A model generated the notes under the pieces. The model did not search any database. It had not been told where the DNA came from and saw nothing but the letters and a program-made list of their open reading frames with translations. Positions 12,715-26,912 of a stretch of DNA of 64,000 nt are shown here, piece after piece. This DNA comes from Octopus vulgaris. Taxonomy: Eukaryota. Each line of letters begins with the position of its first letter. The first letter of the stretch is position 1. The DNA is taken from positions 18,662,001-18,726,000 of the forward strand of contig OX597839.1 in assembly GCA_951406725.2 (NCBI GenBank). The letters run 5' to 3'. Made by a program: the position numbers and the translations under genes.

Positions 12715-12858
12715 CTCTGTGTGACAACCGTGGAATGTAACAAAGAATAAATAAAGCTTTTGGTGTCACCATGAGTAAGACAGCGCCACTGAAAAACATA
12801 ACAGGTGAATAAGATCATCAACGACAATGGTAAACGGATGGGAAGATGGGTAAAACAC
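12715..12858 (+). mobile_element. RTE LINE EN-RT linker fragment
   Basis: NRGM*QRINKAFGVTMSKTAPLKNITGE / IINDNGKRMGRWVKH resembles RTE RGMY.GIKKA.GP..SKTAPLKS.TGE.ITD.GKQM.RWVEH. Confidence 0.75.
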
Positions 12859-13170
12859 GTGGTGCATTCCAGAAGTTTTGAGACATTTTAGGAGAGACAT
12901 TAATTTCCTTCACAGTTGTATCATCTGACTTCAATGCGCTCATTGTAGCGCAGCAGCTATTTCTTGGAGGCTCCATGGAAGTCTTCCCAAATCAAAGTAT
13001 CCAAGACCCTTGTCTCAGTTTCCATCTTGTCAATGTCTTCAAAGAGACTGCCCTTGAGGTTTTTCCTTCAGCTCCGGCAACTATCAAAAATATCAGTGAG
13101 CAAGATCTGGACTTTTGGGAGGGTCAGGATGGAATTGCGACAAACGGTGTTTAGCTGGAATATCAAAAGT
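12858..13170 (-). mobile_element. mariner transposase C-terminal relic with right TIR
   Basis: Minus translation PPKSPDLAH*YF**LPELK..LKGSLFEDID..TRVLDTLIWEDFHGASKK*LLRYNERIEV..CEGN*; terminus acgtggtgcattc. Confidence 0.8.
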
Positions 13171-13462
13171 TGGTAAGTCAGCTTATTAGTTGTATAGTAA
13201 TGATACACTAAAATTACAATAACCGAGGACTGTTATAACTATCACTCTTTAAAAACTCTCAAAACTTGTGGAATGCATCTCTTATTCCTTTTGAACTCTG
13301 CGGAAAACACCAGCTCGGATACTACGCTGGACGCCGTAGAATGTAGACCAGCGACAAACGAACAAGATGCCGAGCCGACTAATGAAGAACTGTAGGATAC
13401 GCATCTCGTGTATAGCTTTCTGGCAGAGATGTCATTATTGAAAGAGGAAATAGGAATACATA

Positions 13463-13622
13463 AGCGCAGGCATGTCTGTGTGGTAAGAAGCTTGCTTCTC
13501 AACTACCTGGTTCTGGGTTCAGTCCTACTACGTGGCGCCTTGCGAAAGTGTCTTCTCCTATAGCTTCGGACTGACCAAAGCTTTGTGAGTGGATTTGGTA
13601 GAGAGAAACTCAAAGAGCCGCC

Positions 13623-13702
<80 letters not shown>

Positions 13703-13870
13703 GTAGGCATGGCTGTGTGGTAAGAAGCTTGCTTCCCAGCCATATGGTCCCGGGTTCAGTCCCACTGTGTGGCACCTTGGGAAGGTGTCTTCTACTATAG
13801 CCTCGGGCTGACCAAAGCCATGTAAGTGGATTTGGTAGACGGAAAATGAAAGAAGCCCGTCGTATATATG

Positions 13871-13903
<33 letters not shown>

Positions 13904-13935
13904 ATGGGTCTTTGTCTGTGTTCGTTCCTCTCCAC
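13463..13935 (+). mobile_element. Two tandem SINE family B 5' portions separated by (ATCT)n
   Basis: TG(G/T)CTGTGTGG A-box, GGTTCAGTCC B-box and CORE-like caccttggg.aagtgtcttc at 13463-13622 and 13702-13935. Confidence 0.85.
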
Positions 13936-14055
13936 CACTTATGAGAAGGAGTATGAGAACGTGTGAGAAGGAGTAACAACATCAACCGTGATCCTGTAGC
14001 GATGTGTGTCCCCGTTTATTTTGATTGCAATATATGTATAAAAACAGACAAGTTC

Positions 14056-14275
14056 AAAGGATGAAAGGCAAAGTCGACCTCGGCGGAATTTGAACTCAGA
14101 ACGTAGCGGCAGACGAAATACTGCTAAGCATTTCGCCCGGCTTGCTAACGCTTCTGCCAGCTCGCCGCCTTAACTCTGTGTGACAACCGTGGAATGTAAC
14201 AAAGAATAAATAAAGCCATTGGTGTCACCATGAGGAAGACGGCGCCACTGAAAAGCATAACAGGTGAATAAGATC
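14056..14275. repeat. Duplicate of 12597-12816 (SINE A head plus RTE linker)
   Basis: Near-identical 220 bp including the same SINE/RTE junction. Confidence 0.9.
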
Positions 14276-14319
14276 CATGTAACTGGCGGTTTTTAATTAT
14301 TTAAATAAATGTGCATTAG

Positions 14320-14628
14320 GAGTTCAATACAGAACAGGCAACTCGTGCTTTTCATCCGACTCGCAGTTTTTGAAGATAATGTAAGGAAAGTGCTCAATGC
14401 CTTGTGACTGAAGATGAAATCCAAGTCTTGACAAACTCTTGTGAGATTGACCCTAAAGGTGATGGATTTGCTTTTCCAGGTGTGCTGTTAGTATTAGGTC
14501 ATCTCCAAATTGCACGTCTCTGATGAATACCTCTTTTTGCACTTAGGACAGACGGGACCGTTTCATTTTTTTTTTTGTGGAGGCAAAATCCATCTCCTGA
14601 TATTCCAAAGGCGAGCTTCAGCATGACG
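14320..14628 (-). mobile_element. RTE LINE reverse-transcriptase fragment, decayed
   Basis: MLKLAFGISGDGFCLH..SRL..EVFIRDVQFGDDLILTAH..CQDL resembles RTE LLKHAFG...GVYL...IRDMLFADDAAL.AH. Confidence 0.75.
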
Positions 14629-14647
14629 TTGTGTGTGTGTGTGTGTG

Positions 14648-14682
<35 letters not shown>

Positions 14683-15100
14683 TTTTTGCATGTGTGTATG
14701 AGTGTATTATTTATATATACACGTACAGACACACTCAAACACACATCTATTTACATATGTATTTGTATATATATTTATATATTCACATTCATAAGTATAT
14801 ATATATAATACGCACACATGTAAATGAGAGGTTAATGTATGTATATGGAAAATGTTATATATGCATGCATATACACACACTCACACACACACACATACAC
14901 ACACACACATATAGAAGATACAAACATGTGTGTGCATATATTTATAAATTATATATATATATATATGTATGTATGTATATAAATTTATACACATATTTAT
15001 GTATGTACAATAAGCATATTTATATATGTGTATATACATACATATATTTATAAATATATAAATATATGTGCATTGTGTATGCATGTACGTGTACACACAC

Positions 15101-15150
<50 letters not shown>

Positions 15151-15499
15151 TTGCATGTATGTCCAGATATGTGTGTGTGTGTGTGTGTGTGTGAGACAGA
15201 GATAGAGAAAGGGTGATGGAGAGATGAAGATAGGGAAAGAACATGTATAAGAAAGGTGAGTCACTGATAGTAAAAGAGCAAGAAATGTGCGTATCTGTGT
15301 GTGTGTGTGTGTGTGTATGTATGTTTGGGCGTGTGCATGTGTTGTGCATATGTGTGTGTGTGTATATATGTGTATATATGTGTATATATGTGTGTGTGTG
15401 TGTGTGTATTTCTCTGCCCCAGTGACTTGTTCTGCTAAGTTAGGTTTTATGGTCGAACCAACAGCAACGGATATTGTAGTTATTACATCACTGCTTCTG

Positions 15500-15514
15500 G
15501 TTACTTCTAGCAAC

Positions 15515-15548
<34 letters not shown>

Positions 15549-16220
15549 ACAACAACAACAACTGCACATCGACATCAACATTCACGCCAACCATTAATAC
15601 CATCACCATCATCACCACCACCGTCACCGTCACCACGCTTAAATAAAACTACCGTTGATACTACTACCATCAGCACCACCGCCACTTAAACTACCATCAT
15701 CACCACCATCACCCCTCTCGCCATTATGGCCATCATCATCATCATTCACCACTACATTCACCTTAAACCTCACCACCACCACCACCACCACCACCACCAT
15801 CAACAACACCATTTCTGCAAACATCACCATCACCTTCATGATGATGGTCATCATCATCACCATCATCATCATGATCATCTTATCCAGCAGCATTATCGTT
15901 ATCATCACCACTACCATCACCACCACCATCGTCATCACCATCACAACCGCCACTATCACAACTGCTACTATCACCACCACCACAAATACAACCAGTACCG
16001 CTACTACCATCACCACAACAACCACAACCATCACCACAACCACCACCATCACCATAACTACCACCAGTATCTCCACTATCACCAGAACCATCACCACCAC
16101 TACCATCATCACCACCATTACAACCACATATCGCCTCCACCACCATCACCACCATAACAACCATTACCTCTATCACCACCACCACCATTACAACTCTCCC
16201 CCACCCGGCCATCCACCCAG
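15500..16220. repeat. (CAA)n and degenerate (CAC/CAT)n trinucleotide tract
   Basis: Direct inspection; gives poly-T/H/V pseudo-ORFs. Confidence 0.9.
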
Positions 16221-16515
16221 TTTGCTCAGATATTCATCCATTTATCACTTCAGTATGCTTCGAACATGGATGCAATGAATGTGTCTCAAAACAACGAAGA
16301 AACTCACCAACGTCAGCCATTAAGAGCAGAAGTGAACGCTCTTGATAAAAACTAGCAGCACCCGTGATTGGTTAATTTTTACTCTGTCCGAACCTACCCA
16401 GGTACCTACCCGTATATATACATGTGTGTGTGTGAGTGTGTGTTTGTGTTTCTCTGTCTATGCAGGCTCACATGACCGTACGCACATTTCCCATTTACAT
16501 AAAAGCTCGTTCTCG

Positions 16516-17696
<1,181 letters not shown>

Positions 17697-17832
17697 GAGC
17701 AAGACTGCATAGTTGAAAGGTATTTTTATCTTCAATAGGCGCTCAGACTTATGGAGTGTACTTGTGTGTGGATGTGTATGTCCACACGTATGAAAGTGCG
17801 TGTATTCATATCTATCTATCTATCTACAGTAA

Positions 17833-17888
<56 letters not shown>

Positions 17889-17911
17889 ATAACAATCATA
17901 ATAATAATAAG

Positions 17912-18467
17912 TGCCCTGATACAATACCAGACAGTGGCTCTCATGGCTTCTGATCTTAACTGATTGGAAATGTTATCATGTACATTGTTTTGTCTTGGTA
18001 TAAAAGATGGGCTACAGCAAATATTCTGCTCAATACCACAGATTTGCTTGTCAGTTGTTTGACCTTAACCAGTTGATCATGTCCCTTAGTGGCTGACGAT
18101 ATGTGCATCTCTGATCACGAGCAGAAGTAGTGGGGGAGCATCATAGCCATGTGTTGAAAGGAATTCTTAGAGGTTTGGATAATTCACCTTTGGAAATATG
18201 GGTGGTTCATTCAACATCCTTAAACAATCCTTATTCAAGGACTTTTTGAGCGGGATGGGCTACTCGACCAGAAGAAAATTCTAACTGTGCCCCACCTACA
18301 AGGTCATGCGCTGTTTATCTTGATATGAGATCACCATGTCGCGCACGTTTGGTTGTGATGCATGTGCCTAGTGTACCCTTATCAGACGGGTAGTAATGAT
18401 GGGTATACTGGGCTTCGTATATTTTACCCCAGTGTCGCTTTGACGGCATGCACTGCTCTCTCACTCA
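17912..18467 (+). mobile_element. Family C element, apparently full length (~555 bp)
   Basis: Same 5' (tgccctgat) and 3' (ctctctcactc+(AAT)n) ends as 57042-57597. Confidence 0.88.
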
Positions 18468-18480
18468 ATAATAATAATAA

Positions 18481-18558
18481 TCCATGGATGGAATTCATAA
18501 ATTTTTAAAACCATCGCTACGCTCGTTTCCACAAATATTTATAACTTCCATCCATGGA
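18481..18558. mobile_element. 78-bp palindromic mini-element (MITE-like)
   Basis: ~26-bp TIRs tccatggatggaa.t.ataaat.ttt around a cgctacgctcg centre. Confidence 0.7.
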
Positions 18559-18595
18559 TTATTATTATTATTATTATTATCATTATTATTATTAT

Positions 18596-18778
18596 TGAGT
18601 GAGAGAGCAATGCATGTCATCAAAGCGACACTGGGATACAATTATACGAAGCCCAATATACCCATTATGACTACCTGTCTGATAAGGGTATACCAGGCAC
18701 ATGCATCACAACCACATGTGCGCGACATGGTGATCTTATATCAAGATAAACAGCACATGACCTCGCAGGTGGGGCCCA
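18596..18778 (-). mobile_element. Family C 3' fragment, inverted
   Basis: Reverse complement of 18286-18467 with some divergence. Confidence 0.88.
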
Positions 18779-18781
18779 ATG

Positions 18782-18825
<44 letters not shown>

Positions 18826-18981
18826 ATTTATCCCACGTTATATCGACACAGCTCGGTGCGACTCCTAAAAACTCGTGTTGCCAGTTGGCATCGTTAGACT
18901 GTAGTTGGCATAATAAAATAGAAGCTTTTATATGTATATTATATGTATATTAAAAATGTTTCCTGTAAATGAACTTAAACG

Positions 18982-19044
<63 letters not shown>

Positions 19045-19515
19045 CACACATATAAAATAATTCTACTGCTAAATAATCCGTTAAAACGTTTTCATGTTCT
19101 CTCGAAGTTTCTAAACTAGACGTAATATATAATATAGACATTCGTACAAACATACATTCATACACATACACATACACACATACATACATACATACACACA
19201 CACATACATACATACATACATACATACATACATACATACATACATACATACATACATACAAGCACACAAGAATTCTAATTATTTTTCGGATCCAATAGAA
19301 TCGAGGCATTTTAATATATACACCAAGGTAGAGTCGAGGGTAGCACACGCGTGTATCAACAGTTTGTACGGACACTTAGGTACTTACTAAACCAAATACA
19401 GAATTGTCCTTACAGTTACGCACACATTCACAGGTAAATGCCAAATGCACATCGTAAACAGGAGTATGTTCTGGAATGCTGCCCACGGTCCACTGTAGGC
19501 TTAAGATCCAGCGCA

Positions 19516-19654
19516 GGGAAGGTTTGACTGGGGTGGTACGTCTGTCAAACAGTAACGCAGGTGACCCGAGGCGAGCTCAGCGGGGATGGAAACCACACGT
19601 CGAACAAAAGATCACTCAATCTCGTTTTTAAGTACGAATACAGACCGCGAAAGC
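19516..19654 (+). pseudogene. 28S rRNA pseudogene fragment (domain V region)
   Basis: gtttgactggggtggtacgtctgtcaaacagtaacgcaggtg..aggcgagctcag and agtacgaatacagaccgcgaaagc match the conserved eukaryotic LSU sequence GTTTGACTGGGGCGGTACA.CTGTCAAA..GTAACGCAGGTGTCC.AAGGCGAGCTCAG...AGTACGAATACAGACCG.GAAAGC, recalled from memory. Confidence 0.88.
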
Positions 19655-19836
19655 CTGGGTGGATGGCCGGGTGGGGGTAGGTGGGGTGTTGTAATGGTGG
19701 TGGAGGCGATATGTGGTTGTAATGGTGGTGATGATGGTAGTGGTGGTGATGGCTCTGGTGATAGTGAAGATGGTGGTGGTAGTTATGGTGATGGTTGTGG
19801 CGATGGTAGTATCGGTACTGGTTGTATTTGTGGTGG
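19654..19836 (-). repeat. Inverted duplicate of 15975-16220
   Basis: Reverse complement shares ccacccggccatccacccag, accacatatcgcctccacc and accacaaatacaaccagtaccg. Confidence 0.85.
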
Positions 19837-21129
19837 AGATCCTTTCCGCGTTGGCTCAAGATCCAAAGCAGAGAAAGTTCCAAGTGTGGTTTAATATGAA
19901 TAATACCACAAATGGGCTGAGGTTCACTACAACCGTTTCAGACGTGTTTTTTTTTATCGATCAACAAATCAATTACATCATGTAAATTTAAACGTTTTCT
20001 TCTAGTGAATTTATTTTATTAAATTGGTCATACCTAAGGAAGATACTTGGCAAAAATGGCTTGGTAAAATTCTAATCCAGAAGATCTCCAGCTGGAGCGT
20101 GAGTGAGTTGGAGCGTATACTTGTCATTGAATGTAGGTATGTTGGTGTGTAAATGTTCTGAAGCGTAGAAGTGTTGGAGCGCAGCTGTGTTTGAGTGTAG
20201 GCAAGCCGGAGTGCGGACATGTTAGTGTATGAGTAAAAGAGTATGTCGTTGTATTTAAGCGTTGCTATGTCGCAGTTTGAGTGCGTTGGAATAAAACTGT
20301 AATGGCGTATCGCAGAGCTTAGAATCCGTCGGTGGGTTACGGCTTGATTTACTGACGAGGGGCTGTATAGGGCTATTGAAAAGTATGAAATCACACATCC
20401 TCTATTTCTAACACATACACACCTCACACACTAACATATATATCATAGACACTACACTACACACACACACAGAACTTTCTTATAAATCCAATCTTGCTTG
20501 TTTACCCACGCCCTCCCAACCTTTCTTTTATTTACACACAGAAATACACCTCTGTCCCTCCCTCTAACTCACGTACCCTCCCTCTCTCTCTCTAATTCAC
20601 ATCGTTCCTTCCTCCCCCTCTCTCTCTCTCTTACTCACCTCCTCCTCCTCTCTCCCTCTAACTCACATGCTTCCTTCCTCTCCGTCTCTTCAACTTACCT
20701 CCTGTCTCTCTCCCCTCTAAATACCCATACTCTCATATTAACACAAATATGGGCATCTCTGTCTTTTTTTCCCATTGTCTCCCCCTCTCATTCCTTCACT
20801 CTCTCTCTTTCTACCTTCCACCCCTCTCTCTCTCTCTTTCCAGCTAAATCCTTCCTTTTCTCTCATTAATTTATACACTTTTATACACTCTGTACTGTCC
20901 TTAAACACAAACACACACACACACACACATACTTATTCAAATAATCACACGCACTCCCATCTCTATGTAACTCACCACAACCTCTCGCTTTCCAAACACA
21001 CACAAACGCACTATTTTAATACACACACATCAAGAGAACATTGTTCATTTATACACACACAAACACAACCCCACACAACACACATACATACACACAATAC
21101 ACACAACACACATACATACACACAATACA

Positions 21130-21510
21130 CACACACACATACGTACACTACCTCATACAACACACATATACATACAATACCTCACACAACACACACACAT
21201 ATACATACACTATCTCACACACAACACACACACATATACATACACTACCTCGCACAACACACACATATACATACACTACCTCATACAACACACACACACA
21301 CATACATACACTATCTCACACAACACACACACATATACATACACTACCTCATACAACACACACACACACACACATACATACACTACCTCACACAACACAC
21401 ACACATATACATACACTACCTCATACAACACACACACACACATACATACACTACCTCACACAACACACACACATATACATACACTACCTCACACAACACA
21501 CACACACGTA
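21130..21510. repeat. Minisatellite with ~31-35-bp unit tacactacctca(c/t)acaac(ac)n
   Basis: About 11 tandem units. Confidence 0.85.
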
Positions 21511-21759
21511 TATATACACACACACACACATACATATATACACACGAAATTTCTGGCACACACACACACGCATACAAAACCATACTCACCATATACACAC
21601 TAAGTCTACATACATATATATATACACACACACAGACTAAATGTGCATACATGTTCACTCATCCATATAAACACACACACACACACACATACACACGCAG
21701 AATCAACAACTGGATCGATTGCTTAGTGAAGCGTGACTACAGAATGCATTCCAACATTT

Positions 21760-22880
21760 AGATCATCGTCGTCGTCATCATCATGACAATCATCATCGCC
21801 ACCACCACCACCACCACCACCACCACCACCACCATCACACTAACCGTCGTCATCTTCGTCATCACCACTGTCGCCACCATCCACGTCATCATCATCATCA
21901 CCATCATCATCTCCATGATCACCACCATCATCATCATCATTCTGGACTTGCTTCTTCTCATCGTGGCGATCATGATGGTCATGAAAACGATGACTATTAT
22001 GATCATCATCTTCATGACCATTGCGTCATCATCATCATCGTCAGCATCATCATCAACAACATCATCATCTCCACCACCTCACCACCATCACAATCATCAT
22101 CACCACCACCACAACCACAAGTGACATCATCATCATCGTCATCCTCCTCCTGATCATCATCATTGCCATCACCATCATCCTCATCGCCATCACCAACATC
22201 ATCATCATCATTGCCGCCACCATTACCACCACCACCACCATCATCATCATTGCGATCATCAACCTCAGCGCCATGATCGTCATCATCATCATTGTCGTCA
22301 TCATTATATTCAACAACACTAACCCCAACATCACCAGCCAATAAGGAAAACAACAATACCATCACGCACTACCTCCAGCCCCCACCACTACCACTACCAC
22401 ACACACACCAGCAGTAACACCACCACCACCCTATACAAAACTGCGACCATCATACACACTACCGAAACCACACACCATCACCACTAACACAAGTACCATC
22501 ACCACTATCACCACTACCATTTCACCATCACCACTTCACCATCACCACTACCACTTCACCATCACTACTACCACCACCACTTCACCATTACCACTTCACC
22601 ACCACCACTTCATCACCACCACCCACCCATTCACTACCACCACCGCCACTTCACCACCACCACCACCACTTCTCCATCATCACTTCACCACCACCACTTC
22701 AACACCACAACCCATTCACCACCACCACCACTACCATTTTACCATCACCAGATCACCATCACCATCACTTCACCACCACCACTTCGCTACCACCATCACT
22801 TCACCACCACCACTTCGCTACCACCATCACCCCACCACCACCACTTCACCACTACTGCCACATATACCATCGCCACCACC
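21760..22880. repeat. Degenerate (CAT/CAC)n tract with recurring caccacttcacc
   Basis: Direct inspection. Confidence 0.85.
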
Positions 22881-23311
22881 GACATGCAACGAAGCATCAC
22901 TGAACAAAATGGTCTAATTTTTTTTCCATCCTTCCAAGTACACAACTGACGAAGATAACAATATATTTTCCATTGCCTCCAGAGTGTATATAAATGTCTG
23001 GCTGGATATCTCATTCTCCCAATGCATGTGCGTGCGTGAGTTTCGATACGTACGTATGAATCTATACATACGTGTGCATGCATGTATGAATATATGTGTG
23101 CTAGAGCTGTATATGTATACGTCTATATGTATATATCTGCATGTCGATAAGGCAGTGTAGTGTATATTTTACTTAAACGAGACAGCATGAATCTCTCTGG
23201 ATTTGTGTGAATGCATGTAATAAGTTTTTCTGTTTTTTGTACACACGTGTGTATACGCAAGTCTTGCGCGTGATTTTGCAGGTGGTTACGAAAATATATA
23301 TACATATATGC

Positions 23312-23377
<66 letters not shown>

Positions 23378-23858
23378 CGCATGCATCTTTCAATATATAT
23401 ACCGGTATATAGGTATTGATACTCGTATAATTTTATATATAGACACATATAAATGTACTTATGTGTATGTATACATGATTTATACACACATATATATATA
23501 TATATTCATATATATATATATTTATATATATATTTTGTATATTTAAATATTTATATGCATATATATATATATGTATATATATTAAACATTTATATGCATT
23601 TATGTATGTATTTATACACATGCATTTATATATATATATATATCTATTTGTGTGTGTATATATATAAATATATATACACACACAGCCACATGCATACGTA
23701 TGTTTAAGTAAATATATTTATACACACACATGCAAATAGACACACACACACATCATACGTATATGTATATATATGCTGGCGTTTATATGTATGTATTTGT
23801 GTCTGTGTGCATGCGTGTGAGTGCTTGTATGCGTCTGCATCCAACTGCATCACTATTA

Positions 23859-23904
<46 letters not shown>

Positions 23905-24157
23905 ATGTGGGGTGCGCGCTTGGGCGTGTCCGCGTACAGTGTGCGCATGTGAATGTGTACACGGTATATAAATGCATGAGGTATCTCCAAAATATCAGAA
24001 CGGAGGAGCCAAACATTATCTTCAATGGAGTCTGAATAACGAATCTCAGCCAAAATATATTGGCTTGACCTTTGCACTTTCAATGTAATTGACTGTTTTT
24101 GCATCGCTTGCAGAATGCGCACAGCCGTGCACACTAATGCTTGTTTGTGTGTGTATG

Positions 24158-24195
<38 letters not shown>

Positions 24196-24369
24196 CAAAA
24201 GGAGAAAGAAAGGAGAGAGAGAATGAGGGTATGGATGTTTGATATACTCTGACGCCTGTACACAAATGTATATATATAAAAAAATAAACGGGTATATAGT
24301 CTATATAATTATATAATACATAAATTATTTAATTCAAGCATACATAATACAGAACAGACACACACACGC

Positions 24370-24400
<31 letters not shown>

Positions 24401-24498
24401 TACACTTGTGTAAGTTTTGTCATGTTTAAATTGTATCATAATGTGTACATTTTTATACACACATATATGTAATATTTGTTACACAGACACACAGACAC

Positions 24499-24619
<121 letters not shown>

Positions 24620-25884
24620 AACACATTCGTACATACATAAAATAGAGAAATAGAGTAAAATATGAACAGGCTATTGTAAGACACCAAATCAATTTTGCAT
24701 ATGAATACAAAAGAGAACAAAAGCTAAACAAATATAGCAGGAAGCCATAAAAACCCGGAGGGTGAATATTCTTAGTAACCCGGCGTAGACGTGTACAAAT
24801 CCAGGAAAAGCATAAAATATTGTTACTGATGTGATAGGAAAGAATTCGAGAAGTCCTTCGTTTTCATTCGACCTGGATAGGTAAATAAAATCTGTGGGAC
24901 TACCCGTGAAAATCTCCCAATTGCTGGTTAGGAAAATGTAGGTAGATCTTTACAGCTGTTTCCGGTGTAGGTCCATGTTACAAGTAGATCTGTGCGCTGT
25001 GCCTTGATATAAGATAGATTGGTGCAGTGTACTGTACATTAAGCTGCACAGTGTAAGTGGTTGAGTGATCTCAGCTACAGTATTTAGCAACGAAAACAAA
25101 GTATGTATAGCGAGGTACAGAGATATGCCATCTGAGTGGCAGAGAAAGATATACTGATAAAATGTGTACTAGATGGTTGGCAATGATAAAGTTGAAACGA
25201 TAGACAGCGATGAGAATGAGGGGTAAGGGTAAAAGGACATGGAAAAGGAGAGGAGAAAGGTGAGAAGTGAAGAAGGAAGTAGGGACGGGAAGAAGAATAA
25301 ACAGGTGACTGTAGTTTCATGTTCAACGCAGATATATATATATACACGCGACCTGATCAATAAGTATCCGGACTGTTGCCATAGTAACGAATTTAAAGCA
25401 AGCAGTGTGAAGCAATGTGGTGCAATGTGGTTGTAAAGTAGATGTAGTGTAATAGTATACTTTACAACCACATTGCACCACATACAAGATGGACCAAAAA
25501 TATATACACAAGGCATGAAAAACCAAAGCACTTTAATCTGATGAAGTCTACTAAGTCGAAACTTCGAAGTCTCTGTCAACCACATCCTTCCAAACATTTA
25601 TCGCTATAATGCCTGACGGTTCCTTATATAATTAGAAAAAATATATAAAATATATAAAAATATAAAAAAGTTGTGGAAGGACATTTAGATAATGGGTACA
25701 TACCATGAGTGAGCAGGCCGAGCAAGTTTCTATACTCCGAAGTAAAGTGCAGTGATGCAGGATTCGGTGAAATCAGAGATGGTCAGAAGCAGAGAAGCGG
25801 TCGAACTGTGGAGGTATAACAAAGCGAAGATATGAACAGGTGAGCAAAAGGTATCAAATCAATTTATAACACACATATTTCTTT

Positions 25885-26100
25885 TATTTATTCGTTTCAG
25901 TCATTTGACTGTGGCCATGCTGGAGCAATCAGGACTTATTCTTTGTAAGCCTGGTGCTTATTCAATCTGTTTCTTTTGCCGAACTGCTAAGTTACGGAAA
26001 CGTAAACACACCAACACCAGTTGTCAAACAATTGTGGGGGTACAAACACATACACACAAATACATACATTATATATATATATAAACGGAAAGAAGCCCAT

Positions 26101-26146
<46 letters not shown>

Positions 26147-26284
26147 TACTTGGAGTTCGTTTCTCGTTGTGTTCTACGTTTATTTGTGGTGTCCTGTACT
26201 CATAATATATATATATGCATGTATATATACATATAGATGTAGGTACGTACATATATGTATGTATGCATATATATTATATTTATT

Positions 26285-26337
<53 letters not shown>

Positions 26338-26497
26338 GACGGGCTTCTTTCCGTTTTCGTCTTCCAAATTGATTCACAAGGTTTTGGTCGACGCGAGGCT
26401 ATAGTAGAAGACATTTTCCCAAGGTGCTACTTAGTGGGACTGAATCCAGAGCCGTGTGGCTGGGAAGCAAGCTTCTTACTACACAGCCACACATGCG

Positions 26498-26499
<2 letters not shown>
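25885..26499 (-). mobile_element. SINE family B with expanded or interrupted internal microsatellite
   Basis: 3' part at 25885-26045, head at 26336-26499. Confidence 0.8.
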
Positions 26500-26550
<51 letters not shown>

Positions 26551-26552
<2 letters not shown>

Positions 26553-26844
26553 GTTTTCCAAGATTCCTGATGTGAACTCGTGTGTTGAAACAGATATTGT
26601 TGTATTTCGGGACGGTCATTTTTTCCTGCCAAATAAACACACGCACTGTATATTTTTTCTTCACTCATTTATTACTGTTCTTAGTTTTATTATTTTAACT
26701 CATGTCCATTGTCCGGAAATCTTTCGTTACACATGTGTGACCTCTTCAGCGACACTTTACTTAGGAGTGCAGCAACAGAATGGGTTGAGAAGATGGGGCT
26801 GAAGGGAAGGCCACACTGCTGCTAAAAGCTATGACACACAGAAG

Positions 26845-26912
<68 letters not shown>

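Noticed and set aside
12731-12750. TGGAATGTAA resembling the miR-1 5' end (also at 14190)
   Set aside because: It lies in RTE coding relic, diverges after 10 nt and has no hairpin partner.
15655-16278. Poly-Thr/His mucin-like ORFs (also 21758-22365 and 58143-58967)
   Set aside because: Degenerate trinucleotide tracts open in several frames on both strands; no supporting exon structure.
19516-19654. Functional rDNA locus
   Set aside because: Only ~140 bp, with substitutions and a deletion, and no flanking rRNA sequence.
24730-25250. Non-repetitive block that might be an exon
   Set aside because: No recognisable protein motif in the frames examined; left unassigned.
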